NCBI GenBank assembly: GCA_030770535.1
Contig: JASVEC010000014.1
Location: forward strand, 186,001 to 250,000
Direction: 5' to 3'
Source of the DNA: Batkoa obscura
Taxonomy: Eukaryota
DNA: 64,000 nt
The position numbers and the translations under genes are program-made. The notes under the pieces were generated by a model. It was not told the origin of the DNA and did no database searches. It saw only the letters and a list, made by a program, of their open reading frames with translations. Below are positions 36,641 to 49,829 of the stretch, piece after piece (within the stretch, counting starts at the first letter, position 1; each line of letters starts with the position of its first letter).

Positions 36641-37586
36641 ACAAAAACAACCTTGATTTTTAAGCTAAATTTTATTTTGAAAAGTTCCAATCAGAGCTTA
36701 TTAGGAACTTTTAGAAGTTGGGAACATTTAAGACATTGCAATGAAACGATAAGATATGGAAAATAATAGGAACTATTCAATTGATTTAATAAAATTCATA
36801 TAGCTTCATTTTGTCAAATTTATTATAATACAAAAGTAAGTTTAAAGGCTTGGTTAGAATTGTAACCAAATCTTCCCAGTTTGCCTTGGGCTCAGAAATT
36901 CGCAAAAATTTTTATGCTTATCTTCTAATCCTATATTTTGTCACTGATCTATGGACTTTCTATCCCTTATGTGCAAAGTTATTGGTTAAAATTTATCCGC
37001 TCCCTTCTATACTACCTCTTTTGTTTCATGTCTGGGTTAAAATATTAAATATATCTAGGTCTATTATAATTTTTCTCTTCCTAAAATACAGAAGTTAGAA
37101 TCGGAAAAACTTCTAGCTTCTTAAATAGAGCCCTTTTACCTCATCTTTCCCTTTATTTCTCCTAACTTTTGTCTCTTTTCTCTGATGCTTATTCAATATT
37201 TGAATAAAGTACTTTAGTTTTCAAGTTTTCAAAATTTTAAAATAAGAAATCTAGTATACTATTTCTTAGTTTTAAGCTTGAATTATTGTATTAAATTTAA
37301 TTGAATAGTAATACCAAAAGTAGAGTTAATTTTATAATCAAATGTATATAGTAAGACTTAGTTTGTTTTAATATACTAAAATTATCTTATTATTGTTTGT
37401 TTTGAAACTATATTATATTTTAAACAACACCTATTTTTATTCTAAAAGGATCCGAACTTGGTTTTTTTATGCATAATTTATCAAATCAGATTCAAAATTT
37501 AATTTAATCCAGATTAATTTTTGATGTCTATCTTTTTTTGAATTTATAACTCAAAAATTATCAACTTTTAAATTCTGATATAAATA

Positions 37587-40500
37587 ATGCTACATACAGA
37601 GTTAATAAGGGAATATTTAAGTGCTATACTCTTATTCCTTTATACTAGTCAATTGTATGGATTTTATTATCCATTATTGGAGTTAGTAGCTTTATATCCT
37701 CACTTGTATTTTGAAAAGGAAGATATAATAGAAGATGTAGATACACTTAAGCAAAGAATAGTGAGTAGTTAATTTAACCTATAATTTTAATTTTAATCAG
37801 CTATTAGCAAGAGGAAATTAAGCGAAATTCAGGAGGCGATAAGGTATATCGGTTAATAAGAAAGGTGGTAAGCCTTCATGAGGGGGGTAATTTAAAAAAG
37901 ATTACACCATTTTTGCCTAAAAGTATGCGATATTATTTTGATACTTTCATGGTCGAGTTTTTTGATAAAAAAGTTATTGAACGAAAAACTGTCAATTCAA
38001 GCGAGAATAATGTTTCTGATCCACATATGTCGACATTTAGTAACAGTTTGCCTTACTCGAATATAAGAAATTTCAAATTAACAAAGAGTATTTTTTATTT
38101 TTTATTTTTTTCATATTTAACTTTTTTAGATTTATTTAATAAAAATTTATATCCTTCAGTAAACAATCTATCATTAAAATCAATAGAGCACATAGAACTT
38201 TACTCCAAATATGATAAAATCGATAATGTAAATTTTATAATTATTTTTGAAAAAATCTCAATTTCTACATTTAGGTCGTAAAATTATTAGGTCATATCCA
38301 CCCTGTCTTTAATGTTAAATATGATTTATTCGCAAATAGACTTATTACTGTACATTTTAATATAAAACTATAAGAGATGTAGCTAATTTTTAATAAAGGG
38401 CTCTGATGACGGTTCAATAAAAGTTTGGGATATTGAAACTGGATTTCTTATATTCACATTAAAAGGCCATTATTCTCCAATTTCAGATATGATGATGTTG
38501 AAGAACACGAATCTATTATTGTCGTGTGATTCTTATGGCTTTATTGTAGTTTGGGACCTTGGAACTGGAAAAATAGTAGCGAAAAAGTTATTACTGGTAT
38601 GTTTATAGCTATAAGTATTTGCTTTAACTAAAAATATTAGGAAGGCGGCAATATAAGTAGTGTGTATTTTTTCCCATATAATTACGATAAGCAAATAAGT
38701 TTATGTGCTACTACCCAAAAAGGAACGTGTCATATATTTACATTTAAAGAAAAGACGTTTGAATTTGATTTATTAAAATGTAAAGTTGTTGCTAATCCTA
38801 CTTATGGAGACAAATCTATTCTGACTGCAGCAATGAATTCTACTGGTACTATATATGCTTTTGGTGGCGAAGATTTTATGATCAACATATTTATGCCTGA
38901 GCTCAAGAGTTCTTTAGAAGACTTAAATGAAGTTGCATTTGAAAACAAAGCAGGTGCACTTAAGTGGGAATTACCACGGCTGGCTAAAATTTTATATGGA
39001 CACACAGGTTTTATAGCATCCTTATTTTTTAATGGGGATGGTACGAGACTTTTATCTGCGTGAGTTTATTATTTTTTAAGACTTTAATCATTAAACTTTA
39101 AATCAGTGCTAATGATCAATCTGCTCGTATTTGGAGCTACTATCCGGATACTCAAGAATGGTATTCATTAATTTTAGGGGAAGAAATGGACCTTTCTAAG
39201 GATGACGGTAGCCTTTAATTATTTTTTATAGCATAACAATACCAATATCTTTTAGGAAAAGTAAGAGAGTTGAAGAAGGGATTTGAGGTAAAAGAGCATG
39301 CTGCGATTGATATGGATAAGATAGTAGGAGAGCTAATTTGGGCAAGTAATGATGATTTAGTTATAGTTACTTATTTTACGGGAGCTATAAGGGTAAACCT
39401 TATTGGACATAAACGCCGTTGGCGATCTAATTGAATTTTAGGTATTTTGCTCACATTCCGGAAAATTCCTACGAAAAATAGAAGGCTTTACAGATCGAGT
39501 ACAAATATTATTAGCAAATCCAAAAAATAAAAATATAATATTAGCTGCTGGTTATGATGGAAATATCATGCTTTTTGATTGTACTAATGGGGCAGCTTTA
39601 AAAAGTAATCAATTATTGTTGATTTTTGCAAAACTAATCAGTTATAGAATGGAAGTTTGAAGAAATATTTATTTCAGGTGAATTTGCACCCAATGGTAAT
39701 AATCTCTAATAATATTAGGCCTTTACTAATCTTATTCAGGCCTCGGTTTTTCTTTAGGCTGTGATTCAGGTTCAGTGTATATTTATGAGGAAATTGACTC
39801 AGGTAGAGTCAGAGAATTTAAGATGAAAGATAAATATCAAGCATTTGAACCTGACTTTGTTAACGTTCCTCCTATTGAATCGTTTCCTACCCCAGGAACT
39901 GTTAATTATAGAAATGTAGGTATAATGTATATATTCATAACTATCTCCAATATAACTAAACTTGGCATAGTTCTTTAAAGAATACTCTTTGAGAGATTTT
40001 GATAATAATAGATACGACACTAATATATTACCTCCTGACAACTTTGGTAAGAAAAGCTTCTTTTTTCAAGAGTTAGTGGATTTAATAATTCAATTGCTTA
40101 GGTATCAAATATTTGGACAAAAGGTATTATTTAGAGACGACGATTGACTATGCACTAAGAGAATTGAGATTAAGCCATTACAGATGGTAATGATTTGTTA
40201 TAGTTGGTATTGTTTACTTATTTTTTCTTTAGGCCTGCTCTTAAATCTCAGTTTGCTGAGTAATTTATCTAAATATTTTTTTTATTTAATTCTAACTATT
40301 TTTAAAGCCCAGAAAAATATCAATACAGAAAGTTCAAGAGATTGCATGATACAAAAATTCCAGAAGATGTGCTTGAAATCATGAATGAACCCGTAGAACT
40401 CCCGCCTTCTCCTAATAATGATCCAGATTTTATACTGGAAGATAACGAAGAAAATAACTTAGAGTTTGATTTTGATGAAGAAGAGGAAGAAGATGGAGAA

Positions 40501-42522
40501 GAGGAGCGATATGATAGTTCTGAAAGTGATGAATATGTGCCAAAAAGCAAAGTAAATACTAATGCAATAAAAAGAGAAGGATTAAGAAGTCCAAAATCCT
40601 CGTTTAACAAACGCTTTAAGAGAAAAAATAGACTAGTAATATTATCCATTAATTTAAAAAATAGTAACTTATATATCTAGATTAACTCGGATGATGATGA
40701 AACAGAAGATGAATCAAAAACATCTGAAAGTGCTGAAGAGGCTGAAGTAGATTTATCAGCTATGACGGAATACCCAATTCCAAATAGTAGTAGTTTAAAT
40801 CGCCCTTACGTGAAAACATTAAAACCCGAACTTGATAAATACTTTCCTCAAATTGAAGATGAAGTTGTTTATTTACGTTCAGGACATCAAGAATTTATTG
40901 ACAATATAGATCCGGTTTACAAATCGATATTTAATCTTAACATACTGCCTTACATCAAATTCCCCGATTTAACCTTTGCTGAAATAGGAAGAGTGATTGC
41001 TATCATTTATAAAGTAACTGATAATAAATTGACAGCAACTATAAAGATTCGACTTCAGAGCAATAATAAAGTTATTAATGTTGAGTTGAATGAGGATTTC
41101 CCTAGATTTCTTGTGGAAAAAAGATTCTTTGATCTTGCAATGGATCGAGGATATCTAATTGGTACTGAAATTTGCACTATCAAAGAGATAGATATCTGTC
41201 TTAAAGTTGATAATTTATATTATACTGTTGATCCTTGGAACCAAATTTGGTAATTCAAATAATTTTGTTTATTTATGGTATTCATTAATGTATCATTTAT
41301 TAAGCTCTAACGACAAAAAATATGGGAAATGGGAAATCAGTAGTTATCCATTTAAAGAGGGACCTTATTTTAAATATGAGATGGATAACCTTGGACAAGA
41401 AACCACAGAAAATTATAAAAAAGTTGTAGAACAACTTATGTACAACGAAGATTTTGTAAACTTTATCAATATGGTAGATTTGGCAGTTTATTTCAATTAC
41501 TTTAATCTTGTTGCCTATCCTATGTTTTTACGGCTAATCTATACTCGTTTATTAAATAATTACTACCGTTCGGAACAGGCGATTGCTAGGGATATCAAAC
41601 AGATTCAGATTGCTGCTAAAGCATATAATAGGCATGACTCAGAAATTGTAAGGCTGTCGAATGAACTTCAGATTGTTTTTAATGAGCTAGTTAATAGTAA
41701 GTGAATTTAATGGCAATATAGAAAAGTAATTAATTTTTTACGATAGAGTTAGTTAAGGTTGCTCAGTTAGATGCTTTATATAGTGAAGAAGAAGATAATG
41801 AAGGCACTTCAAATAAAATGAGATCTGAGAACGACATTGATTCTGATCAAGAAGTGATTAAAATAAGTAACAGAAGAGGTAAGAAAGTGATAACCATTAA
41901 TTCCGAAAGTGAAGCTGGGTCGAACAGTAATAAAACAGATTCAAGCACTAAACCTAAAGAAGATCTATCTCGAACTAATCTGAGGAAGGGAAGAAAAGGA
42001 AGACCAAAGGAGAAGGACACTGACTTTGAGCCTGAAAGTACTCCATCTTCAAGTGCTTCTAGCTACTCAGAAGTTCCAGAAGACAAACCAAAAAATAAAT
42101 CAAAATTAAAAGGGTTTGTTGTTGGGGAAGATAATGAAGATCAATCGTCTGAGTTTTGTATTCAAAGCAATGAGGGTACTGAAGAAGATAGTTTGGGTAG
42201 TTATGGAAGTTCCGATCAACCCACGAAAAAAAGAACATATAACGGTAAATCCAGTAATAGTAGGGGTAGAGGTAGAGGAAGAGGCAGAGGGGGAAGTAGA
42301 AGGGGAAGGAATGGGGCCGAAAGAGATACAGTGAATAATGTACGAAGTCAAAGAAACCTTCGCGCCACTAGAGCTGATAATAGTCAAGCATCTGGATCTA
42401 ACACTATAGATATGGAATCTGAAGAAGAATACGAGTCTGGGAGGGGCAAAAGGAAATTAAGAAGGAAATCGACTATCAATTATTGTGAATTACAGGATGG
42501 TAATGATGAAGATATCGAATAA
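37587..42522 (+). CDS. Bromodomain and WD40-repeat protein (BRWD1/BRWD3/PHIP family), intron-rich
   Basis: WD40 repeats (LLGHIHPVF, GSDDGSIKVWD, LKGHYSPI, LYGHTGFI); family motif YFPQIEDEVVYLRSGHQEF; bromodomain VAYPMFLRLIYTRLLNNYYRS...AKAYN; acidic/RG-rich tail. Confidence 0.88.
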
Positions 42523-42810
42523 AATTAATTTAATAAAGTAAAATAAAAATATATTGTAGCATATTATTTGAGCATGTATTTACTAAAAAAGACTGTAATG
42601 TTAGTAGTTAAACCTAAGTATTAAAAATTTTATATCTTATTTGTTTTGACGTTCTGTTCATTGTATACGTTAAAATTTTAAACTAATAGCTTAACTCTAA
42701 AATAAAAACATGTCTGCATTCTAAAAAAAACATTGTATAAAAATAAAATTAATGTTTAAAAAAATTATAAATTTAAAGAGCATTTTTATCTAAATAGATG
42801 GCTTAACCCA

Positions 42811-43587
42811 TTAACTTATAAATTGTTTTTGTACCTGAACTTTTTTAAGTTTAGCTGATGCATCATCATCCAAAAACCAGTATAATTGACCATGAGTAGG
42901 GTTAACTTGAGCAGCTGGAATACTTGAGTCTTTTTGGTCCAAAATACGTTCAAGCATATCCGCTTTATTATCACCAGTAACTACAAAGGCTACTGCATTA
43001 GCATGATTGAGGATAGGCATTGTAAATGTAATACGCTTTGGTGGAGGCTTGGGTGAGTCTTCGATTGGGGCAACCCAGACGTCTTTTTCTTGTAAGAGTG
43101 GATGACCTGGAAATAAAGAGCAAGTGTGACCGTCAGGCCCGATACCTAAAAAGATTAAATCAAAAGTAGGGAATCGTACCTCGTTTTTATCGTTGAACAC
43201 TTTAACCATGGTACGCTCATAATCGTCTGCAGCTTCTTCAACGTTGTTAACATGCTCAGGATTTAGAGTATAGATTTGTTCTTGGGGGATACTGGTGTAT
43301 TGTAATAACTCCTTTTTGGCTAATAAATAATTAGAATCATTATGATCTAATGGTACCAATCTCTCATCAGCAAAAAATACGTGCCATTTTGAGTAGTCGA
43401 CTTCTTTGTTATCTTTTAAAACTTTAGCTAAAGTGTTTGGTAATGAGCCTCCACTTAAAGCAATAGTAAAACGCCCGTGTTGTTTAATGGAGTGGTTAGA
43501 GCAGCGAGTTACTAACTTGTTTAAGGCGTCGCTGACATGGTCAATTGTAGTGAAGCTAAAAATCAGAGGTTCGGTATGTTGATTCAT
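42811..43587 (-). CDS. 6-phosphogluconolactonase (SOL/PGLS family), intronless
   Basis: IALSGGSLP, FFADERLVP, FDLIFLGIGPDGHTCSLFPGH, DSPKPPPKRITFT. Confidence 0.97.
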   Translation of the reverse strand: MNQHTEPLIFSFTTIDHVSDALNKLVTRCSNHSIKQHGRFTIALSGGSLPNTLAKVLKDNKEVDYSKWHVFFADERLVPLDHNDSNYLLAKKELLQYTSIPQEQIYTLNPEHVNNVEEAADDYERTMVKVFNDKNEVRFPTFDLIFLGIGPDGHTCSLFPGHPLLQEKDVWVAPIEDSPKPPPKRITFTMPILNHANAVAFVVTGDNKADMLERILDQKDSSIPAAQVNPTHGQLYWFLDDDASAKLKKVQVQKQFIS

Positions 43588-44085
43588 TTTTAAATATTAA
43601 ATGAGCATGAGATTGATCAATTTCTGGTTTATATACTTTTGGTAAAGTCAGTGACGTAAATCTGAAGTTAGTGAGTGGCAGTTTGAATATATATGATTGG
43701 CTGTTTTATGTTTTAACTTTGAGACCATTGGACAATTATCCTTGATGATTTGTAAGCTTTAAAATAGGAATTTAAGAATGATTTAATTTTTTCATATTAC
43801 TGTTATCATGTAAGATGATATATTTCAATTAAATAAAGGGTACTACGATTATTTTATAAAAAATTATACTAAAATGAGTAAAGCTTGAGATTTGCTATAA
43901 AACTAGTTTTGAACATAAAAATATTTTTTAAAACAGTTTTTATGGACAGCTAATATTTAATTGCACTTATAAAAGTTAAAAATACAATTTATTAAATAAT
44001 CAAAGCACTAATAAAATATGATTACAATTTTATCAAATTTCAAAAAAAAAATACAAAATAACTTTCAACTTATTGTATTAGCTTA

Positions 44086-46184
44086 TTACTGTTCTTCGCT
44101 CTGTTTTAGTTCAAAAGTATAAGAATAGCAATTGAGGGCATCAAAGATACATGATTGGCTTATAGGAATATAATGTTTTGTAATGACTTTGGTTAACTCT
44201 TGAGCAACAAGACCACCGATCAAGGAAGAAGTAGTAGCCAAACCTTTCAAATGGGAATGTTTAAGAAGCACATCTAAGAACTCATTGAACTTGACATTTG
44301 ATTCAATCATTGAGATATATTTCGATGCATTATAATCGTTCAATAAACTTTTGCACATATCTATTATCTGCGTATTATCTTTTTCATTTGAATCTGGATC
44401 ATTCCCTATATAATTATGCAGCAATTAATGAGTTATTGTAATGATGATTAATATAATTACCTGGACATCTCAATGAAGAACTAATAATTTTATTGCGAGC
44501 TCTAATAATCAACCATAACCAAAGAGGTGACTCAGGGTCTTTAAGATCTGAAAGCTCAAGTAAATTTAAGCTATTATGTTTTGGCGAAGGTGAAGAATGA
44601 GCTGAATCCCACTCTAAGTGTAGTGGAATAGTCTCAGATAAATATAAATAATGGGCATTTTTACAAAATGTTTTTAATAAATCTTCTCCAATAACAATTT
44701 CATTATCATAGGATGCCTGTATATCATTTAAATGTTTTCTTACAGCTCTTAGATCAATTATACTTTGATTTTGATACAACTTTTGAAGTTTGATGTAATT
44801 ATCAGTGCTTGATTTCATATCCGGGATTGTGCCTGAAATTGGTAAATATTTGCTTTCTCCTTCATTTCTATAAAATTCGTATAATGCTCTTACTAGTACC
44901 CAAAATTCATTTGACTAATTTAAAATATAAATACAATTATTCAATATTAAATAAGCCTACTTGTGAGTTTATATACTGACATCTAGGATCTTTGAATAAG
45001 TCTAAAATGTCTTTAGAAACCTAATAATTATTTCATAAATATCTTGTATCTTATTATTTGCTAATTTAAGCCTACTTCTCTATAAGTGACTGACCCGTTA
45101 ATAGCGTTAATTGCTTCTTCAAAATTTTCTTCATCACTTGAAAGCATTCCTTTTTTAACGATTTCTTTCAACTCTTTTTTCTGACTATAATTACTAGGAA
45201 ACTTTAATCCATCTTCCTAAAGATATTTTAATAAATATTAAATTACTCCTTGGTATACTTACTCTTGATTCAGCCCATTTGTTAATGTAATATAATATGA
45301 TAATAGCATAAGGTATTTCCCCATGTAACTTTGATTCTTTTATATCTTCAAGATTCCCATAGTAAGTTTTTATATGATCCATCAATCCTACAATAGGCTT
45401 ATCTAACCTTAAATCATTTTTTAGGGCTTGATGAGTTTCAATAACTAAATAAATCCTATTTTAATTGATTAAGTAAAAATTATTGTTAAATATTACCTTC
45501 ATGATTAGAATATGAAATACGGAAATAACCAATGAACCCAAACACGTCAATAACAATCAATGGGATATTTAAAGCATGTAAAACGATAGAAAGTCGACGA
45601 ACAAATTCATCGTTGGCTCGAATATCCATACTGACTATTAAAGCACTACAATTGTCAAATAAGTCTACAGATGAAGCTGTTACATCAGTTGGATCCTAAA
45701 TTAAGTTTAACGATCATATTAATAACTATTTCTACTATTACTTTATCAATATAATGCCCTTCGACATTAGGGTTTAACTCTTTTAATAAATTAGCATTAA
45801 GTTGACCACGTTTTAAATTTTTTGAGCTTTCATTTTGTTGAATAAAGAAATCATTAGCTAAATCATGTTCAGTCACTTCTTTATCATCAATAATGGTAAA
45901 TGACCTTATTCCTATATGAAACATATAGTGTTAATTGTTTTTTTTAACTTGAATTATTTCGCTTACCGGCTAATATCATATTCTTCATACACTCAGAAGC
46001 TGCAGGTGAACATCCTAATACTAATATATTACTTGAAGCCAAAGCTTTTTGCCCAGATTCTGCCCATAACCTTAATAAAAAGTGAGAAAACACTTTTACT
46101 ATCTTTTGAATTACTTCTATACCTTAATTGCCTATCATATTTCCTAGTATATTGATCAGGTATCGTTGACTGTACATCACTCAT
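44086..46184 (-). CDS. ULA1: NEDD8-activating enzyme E1 regulatory subunit (ULA1/APPBP1), multi-exon
   Basis: Spliced N-terminus KYDRQLRLWAESGQKAL; ELNPNVEG; DLRLDKP; HGEIPY; LPISGTIPDMKSST; SLIGGLVAQELTKVITKHYIP. Confidence 0.94.
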
Positions 46185-46377
46185 TTTAATAATAAAAAAG
46201 CAATTTATTATTTTTCAAATATATTTGTAATGTCACCCTTTTAAAATGATTGGATAAAATACTGGATGATGAGTTTAAGTGATTTAGCAATTAAAATAAT
46301 ATAACTATATAAAAGCATGATTTAGATAGGTATTAAGTAAAAGATTAAAGTATATAATTGTCGAATATAAATTTTTA

Positions 46378-47280
46378 TTAAATAAGTAATTCTTTAGTCC
46401 AAAATATAGAATCAGCTCCCAAATAGTCAACAGCAAACTGCTTAAATTCTTGTCTAGTAAATGGGGTGTTGGTTTTTGGATTAATTGCTACCAAATCAGG
46501 TTCTTGAACAGCCATAGCAACCCAACTAAGTTTATGTTTGATTTTGTATTCGTTGAAAAACGGATAAGAATTGTTCATTTGAGGTTTATTATAGGGAATG
46601 ACATCTGGTCCACCCAACCCGAATCCATGTTCCAAAGCATTCTCAAAAAAAGTAGACATAAAATTTTTACTATTCTTCCATTCACAAGGCCAAAAATTAA
46701 CAAATTGAATTACTTTGCTTTGTTTAAATTGACTTTTTGTATATTTTATGTTGGCCAATTCAGCATCAAAATAGTCAGCACAATTGAGCTTTGATTCTTC
46801 AACTTCAATCGAGGTTTCTGGTAGTATAATACCCTCGATTTTGCCATCAAATTCTTTTGCCAACTTATAAATCAATGCTTGATAACGATCTCGTACTTCT
46901 TTCACCCATTGTTTAGCAACCCATCCAGAACCTTCACTAAATACTTGTTTCTCTAATCCACTTTGATATATAGGGTCAGTAAGTAAATAGCTGGGAATAT
47001 TTTTAGCTTTAGGGAGAAAAAATCTATCTTGTAATTGAATATACAATTTACGATTTAACTTCTTCAAATAGCTCAAATCTGAGTTAATTTTGGTGAAATT
47101 ATAGCATCCTTTATTTCCCTCTAACGATTTCCAACTATATAACACTTCTGCGCCATCAATCCCTTCTCTTTTAAGGATCGATTCTACCTCTTTTAAATCG
47201 ATTGATGAAGTATAAATGTAATTCTCTTCCCCAAATGTTACGCTTATTAGAAATAGAAAACAAAGTATTAATAATCTCAT
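46378..47280 (-). CDS. Secreted 300-aa protein, glycoside-hydrolase-like TIM-barrel fold suspected; intronless
   Basis: Signal peptide MRLLILCFLFLISVTFG. YSWKSLEGNKGCYNFTKINSDL...KLYIQLQD resembles the clan GH-A W-x-x-LEP-x-x-G-x-Y-D-F segment. Also FDGKIEGIILPETS and GLGGPD. Confidence 0.75.
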   Translation of the reverse strand: MRLLILCFLFLISVTFGEENYIYTSSIDLKEVESILKREGIDGAEVLYSWKSLEGNKGCYNFTKINSDLSYLKKLNRKLYIQLQDRFFLPKAKNIPSYLLTDPIYQSGLEKQVFSEGSGWVAKQWVKEVRDRYQALIYKLAKEFDGKIEGIILPETSIEVEESKLNCADYFDAELANIKYTKSQFKQSKVIQFVNFWPCEWKNSKNFMSTFFENALEHGFGLGGPDVIPYNKPQMNNSYPFFNEYKIKHKLSWVAMAVQEPDLVAINPKTNTPFTRQEFKQFAVDYLGADSIFWTKELLI

Positions 47281-47545
47281 AATAAATAAAATATATTCTA
47301 TTAATTGGCCCCTATACTATTTAATTTACAATGAAAGAATAAAGTTAAAATAAATAATCTAAAGGGACGCTATTCTCTATTTATACAACCAAAAGCCAAC
47401 TTTTCTAATTACATCATATCTCATAGTTAAAGAATTATTATAATAGTTATTTATAGCAGGATATTAAAAGACTTTAATGAATTTAGTGTCACAGTAATTT
47501 ATTTTTGGCCGCAAAATTAAGCATTCTGGGATTATGTATTCAAAC

Positions 47546-48407
47546 AACGTAAATCCCAGTCAAGTGGGGGAGATCTCAATGAAGTGGAAAAGTATTTAAA
47601 TATTCTTGCATAAAATAGAATAATTAAATAACAAAAATACTTTTCAAAAAAGTTCTATTAATAAAAAACAAAGTTTCAAAGTAAAGATATTCCATACATA
47701 TAATATTATATAATTCATAATATTTCTAAAGACTTTATAATCCTTTCAAAAATAAACAAAATAATATAATAGCCTTACATATCAATAATTAAATTATTAT
47801 CTGTATTTATTTTAATGCTTTTTGTTATCTATTTAGTATCTTTTTTTATATTATAGAATTTTGTATGTAGGTTTTTATACTATTAAAATTAGAAATTGAT
47901 CTATTTTGTTTAAGTTAAAAATTGACTAAATTTTGGCTAAGTGAATCTACATAATTTTCAGATATAAATACAAAAAAAAGATACTTTATATCTCAGGTAC
48001 TTACTGTTAAACACTTAGAACCATAATCAGACCTGACTGTAATTGGGCTATAGCGGTAAGGTTTTACAAAATCTAAATTTTAAGAATAAAGATCTCAGGT
48101 TTTTAAAAGGATTAAAGTCTTTAGAAATATTATGAATTATATGGGGATGTATTTTTGTGTTTAAGAATTTTATTAACAAATTTTCCGCTTAAATAGTGCT
48201 CAAAAAATGAAAGAAATAATGAAGTCAAAAAAAACATTACCATATAATATTATATGTGTGGAATATCTTTACTTTGAAACTTTGTTTTTTGTTAATAGAA
48301 CTTTTTTGATAAGTATTTTTATTATTTGATTGTTCTGTTTTATGCAGTGACATCCAACTACCTCTCCATTTCATTAAGATCTCCTCCACTTAATTGAGAT
48401 CTATGTT
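47546..48407. mobile_element. Foldback/large-MITE-like element with ~200-bp terminal inverted repeats
   Basis: 47546-47750 is the reverse complement of ~48100-48407 once the nested MITE is removed (e.g. AAAGTTTCAAAGTAAAGATATTCCA / TGGAATATCTTTACTTTGAAACTTT); non-coding AT-rich spacer. Confidence 0.75.
48139..48245 (+). mobile_element. 99-bp MITE nested in right arm of the foldback element
   Basis: ATAT + 48143-48241 + ATAT; the left arm gives the empty site GAATT-ATAT-AATATT. Confidence 0.95.
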
Positions 48408-49186
48408 ACATTACGTTATATACTAATTTTTTTGATTTGAGAATTTGATAGAAATGATTAATTTGAATTTTTTAGAATTTCTGACATTTTAGATTTATCG
48501 GTTACCTTTTGGGTTAACTACGGTCTACTGAATTAGCCATAAGCTGAACAGTATATAGGGAAGCCGTACTTATCTTCTTATAAGCAACCTTTTTTATCTT
48601 TACTTTTGTTCTATTTTAGCTTATATTTATCCTAATAACAAAATATACATTAAATTAAATACATTTTTACTAATATTAAAATAGCAAAAACTACATAGCA
48701 TAAATACTAAAAACTTATTAAACTTATAAAGCAGTTTCAAAAGTAATATAAGATTTTTGATTTAAAAAAGTAAGTGTAATTGGTTACAATGATGATCCTT
48801 ACCAGATTCTTCATCAATAAATATAAAATTTACTTTAAAAGCTACTTATTACTATCACTTATGTTTAGGACTTTTATAAATTTATATTTAGTATATATAT
48901 GCCGCATAAATGAATTATACATAATGTTATTCTCTAAATCTTTAAATAGAAATCTAAATATAAGCACATTTTACTTTGCTTTGTATATTTATTGAGAATA
49001 TTTTAAAAATAGCTTTAAAAACTTCAGATTTTACTAATAATTTCAAATATGTCTTATTAGGTATTTCATTGTTATATTTAAATTAAAACTTTAATAAGAT
49101 TATATCAATAATTATTTTAAAAAAATGTAAATTTATCAATGTGAAATTTGTATTTTAATTTTTGATCGTTGAAAATATGTAGAATA

Positions 49187-49290
49187 ATATGGGGGTGTAT
49201 TTTTGTATAAGAATTTACTAACAACGTTTCTACTCAAACAAGGCTTAAAAAATGAAAAAAGTAATGAAACCAAAAAAAACATCCTCATAT
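49187..49290 (+). mobile_element. 99-bp MITE family copy
   Basis: ATAT-GGGGGTGTATTTTTG...AAACATCCTC-ATAT. Confidence 0.88.
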
Positions 49291-49434
49291 GGTTTAGGTT
49301 CTTTTAAATGGGCTATTTTAAAAAGATAATATATAAATTTCAATTTTTTGAGGATGCTAAAATATCTAATATCCTATTCATGAAAACGTTAAAAAGGTGA
49401 AAATTTAATTATAGGCAAAAGAAGATAAAAAACT

Positions 49435-49530
49435 TGGAATGTTTTTTTGTGTTTAAGAATTTTATTAACAATCTTTCCACTCATAGCGCTTAAAAATGGA
49501 AAAAATGAAATAAAAAAAACATCACCATAT
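49435..49530 (+). mobile_element. MITE family copy with small deletions
   Basis: GGAATGTTTTTTTGTGTTTAAGAATTTT...AAACATCACC-ATAT; left end eroded. Confidence 0.8.
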
Positions 49531-49829
49531 AATTTTCATATTTTATATCAATAGTGATAGCCTTAGCTTTTGATACAGGTCCAAGAACTTTTTATAAACT
49601 CTTAAAAAAATACAATTCTTTAGCTTTTTGAATTTTTTAAGCTATAGATGCCATTAGATTTAAAAGCATTTAACTTATAGTTTCAAGAAAAAAGTGTTCT
49701 TAAATATTTTATCTTAAATAAGAACTAATATTTGTGTTTGTAGGGTTAAAATAATATTTATGGTGGTAAAACTAACTCCATAGATATAAACTAAAATAAA
49801 ATAGTAACACAAAGTATAGTAGATATAGT

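Noticed and set aside
37129..37145. GCCCTTTTACC resembling U5 snRNA loop 1
   Set aside because: No flanking stem or Sm site.
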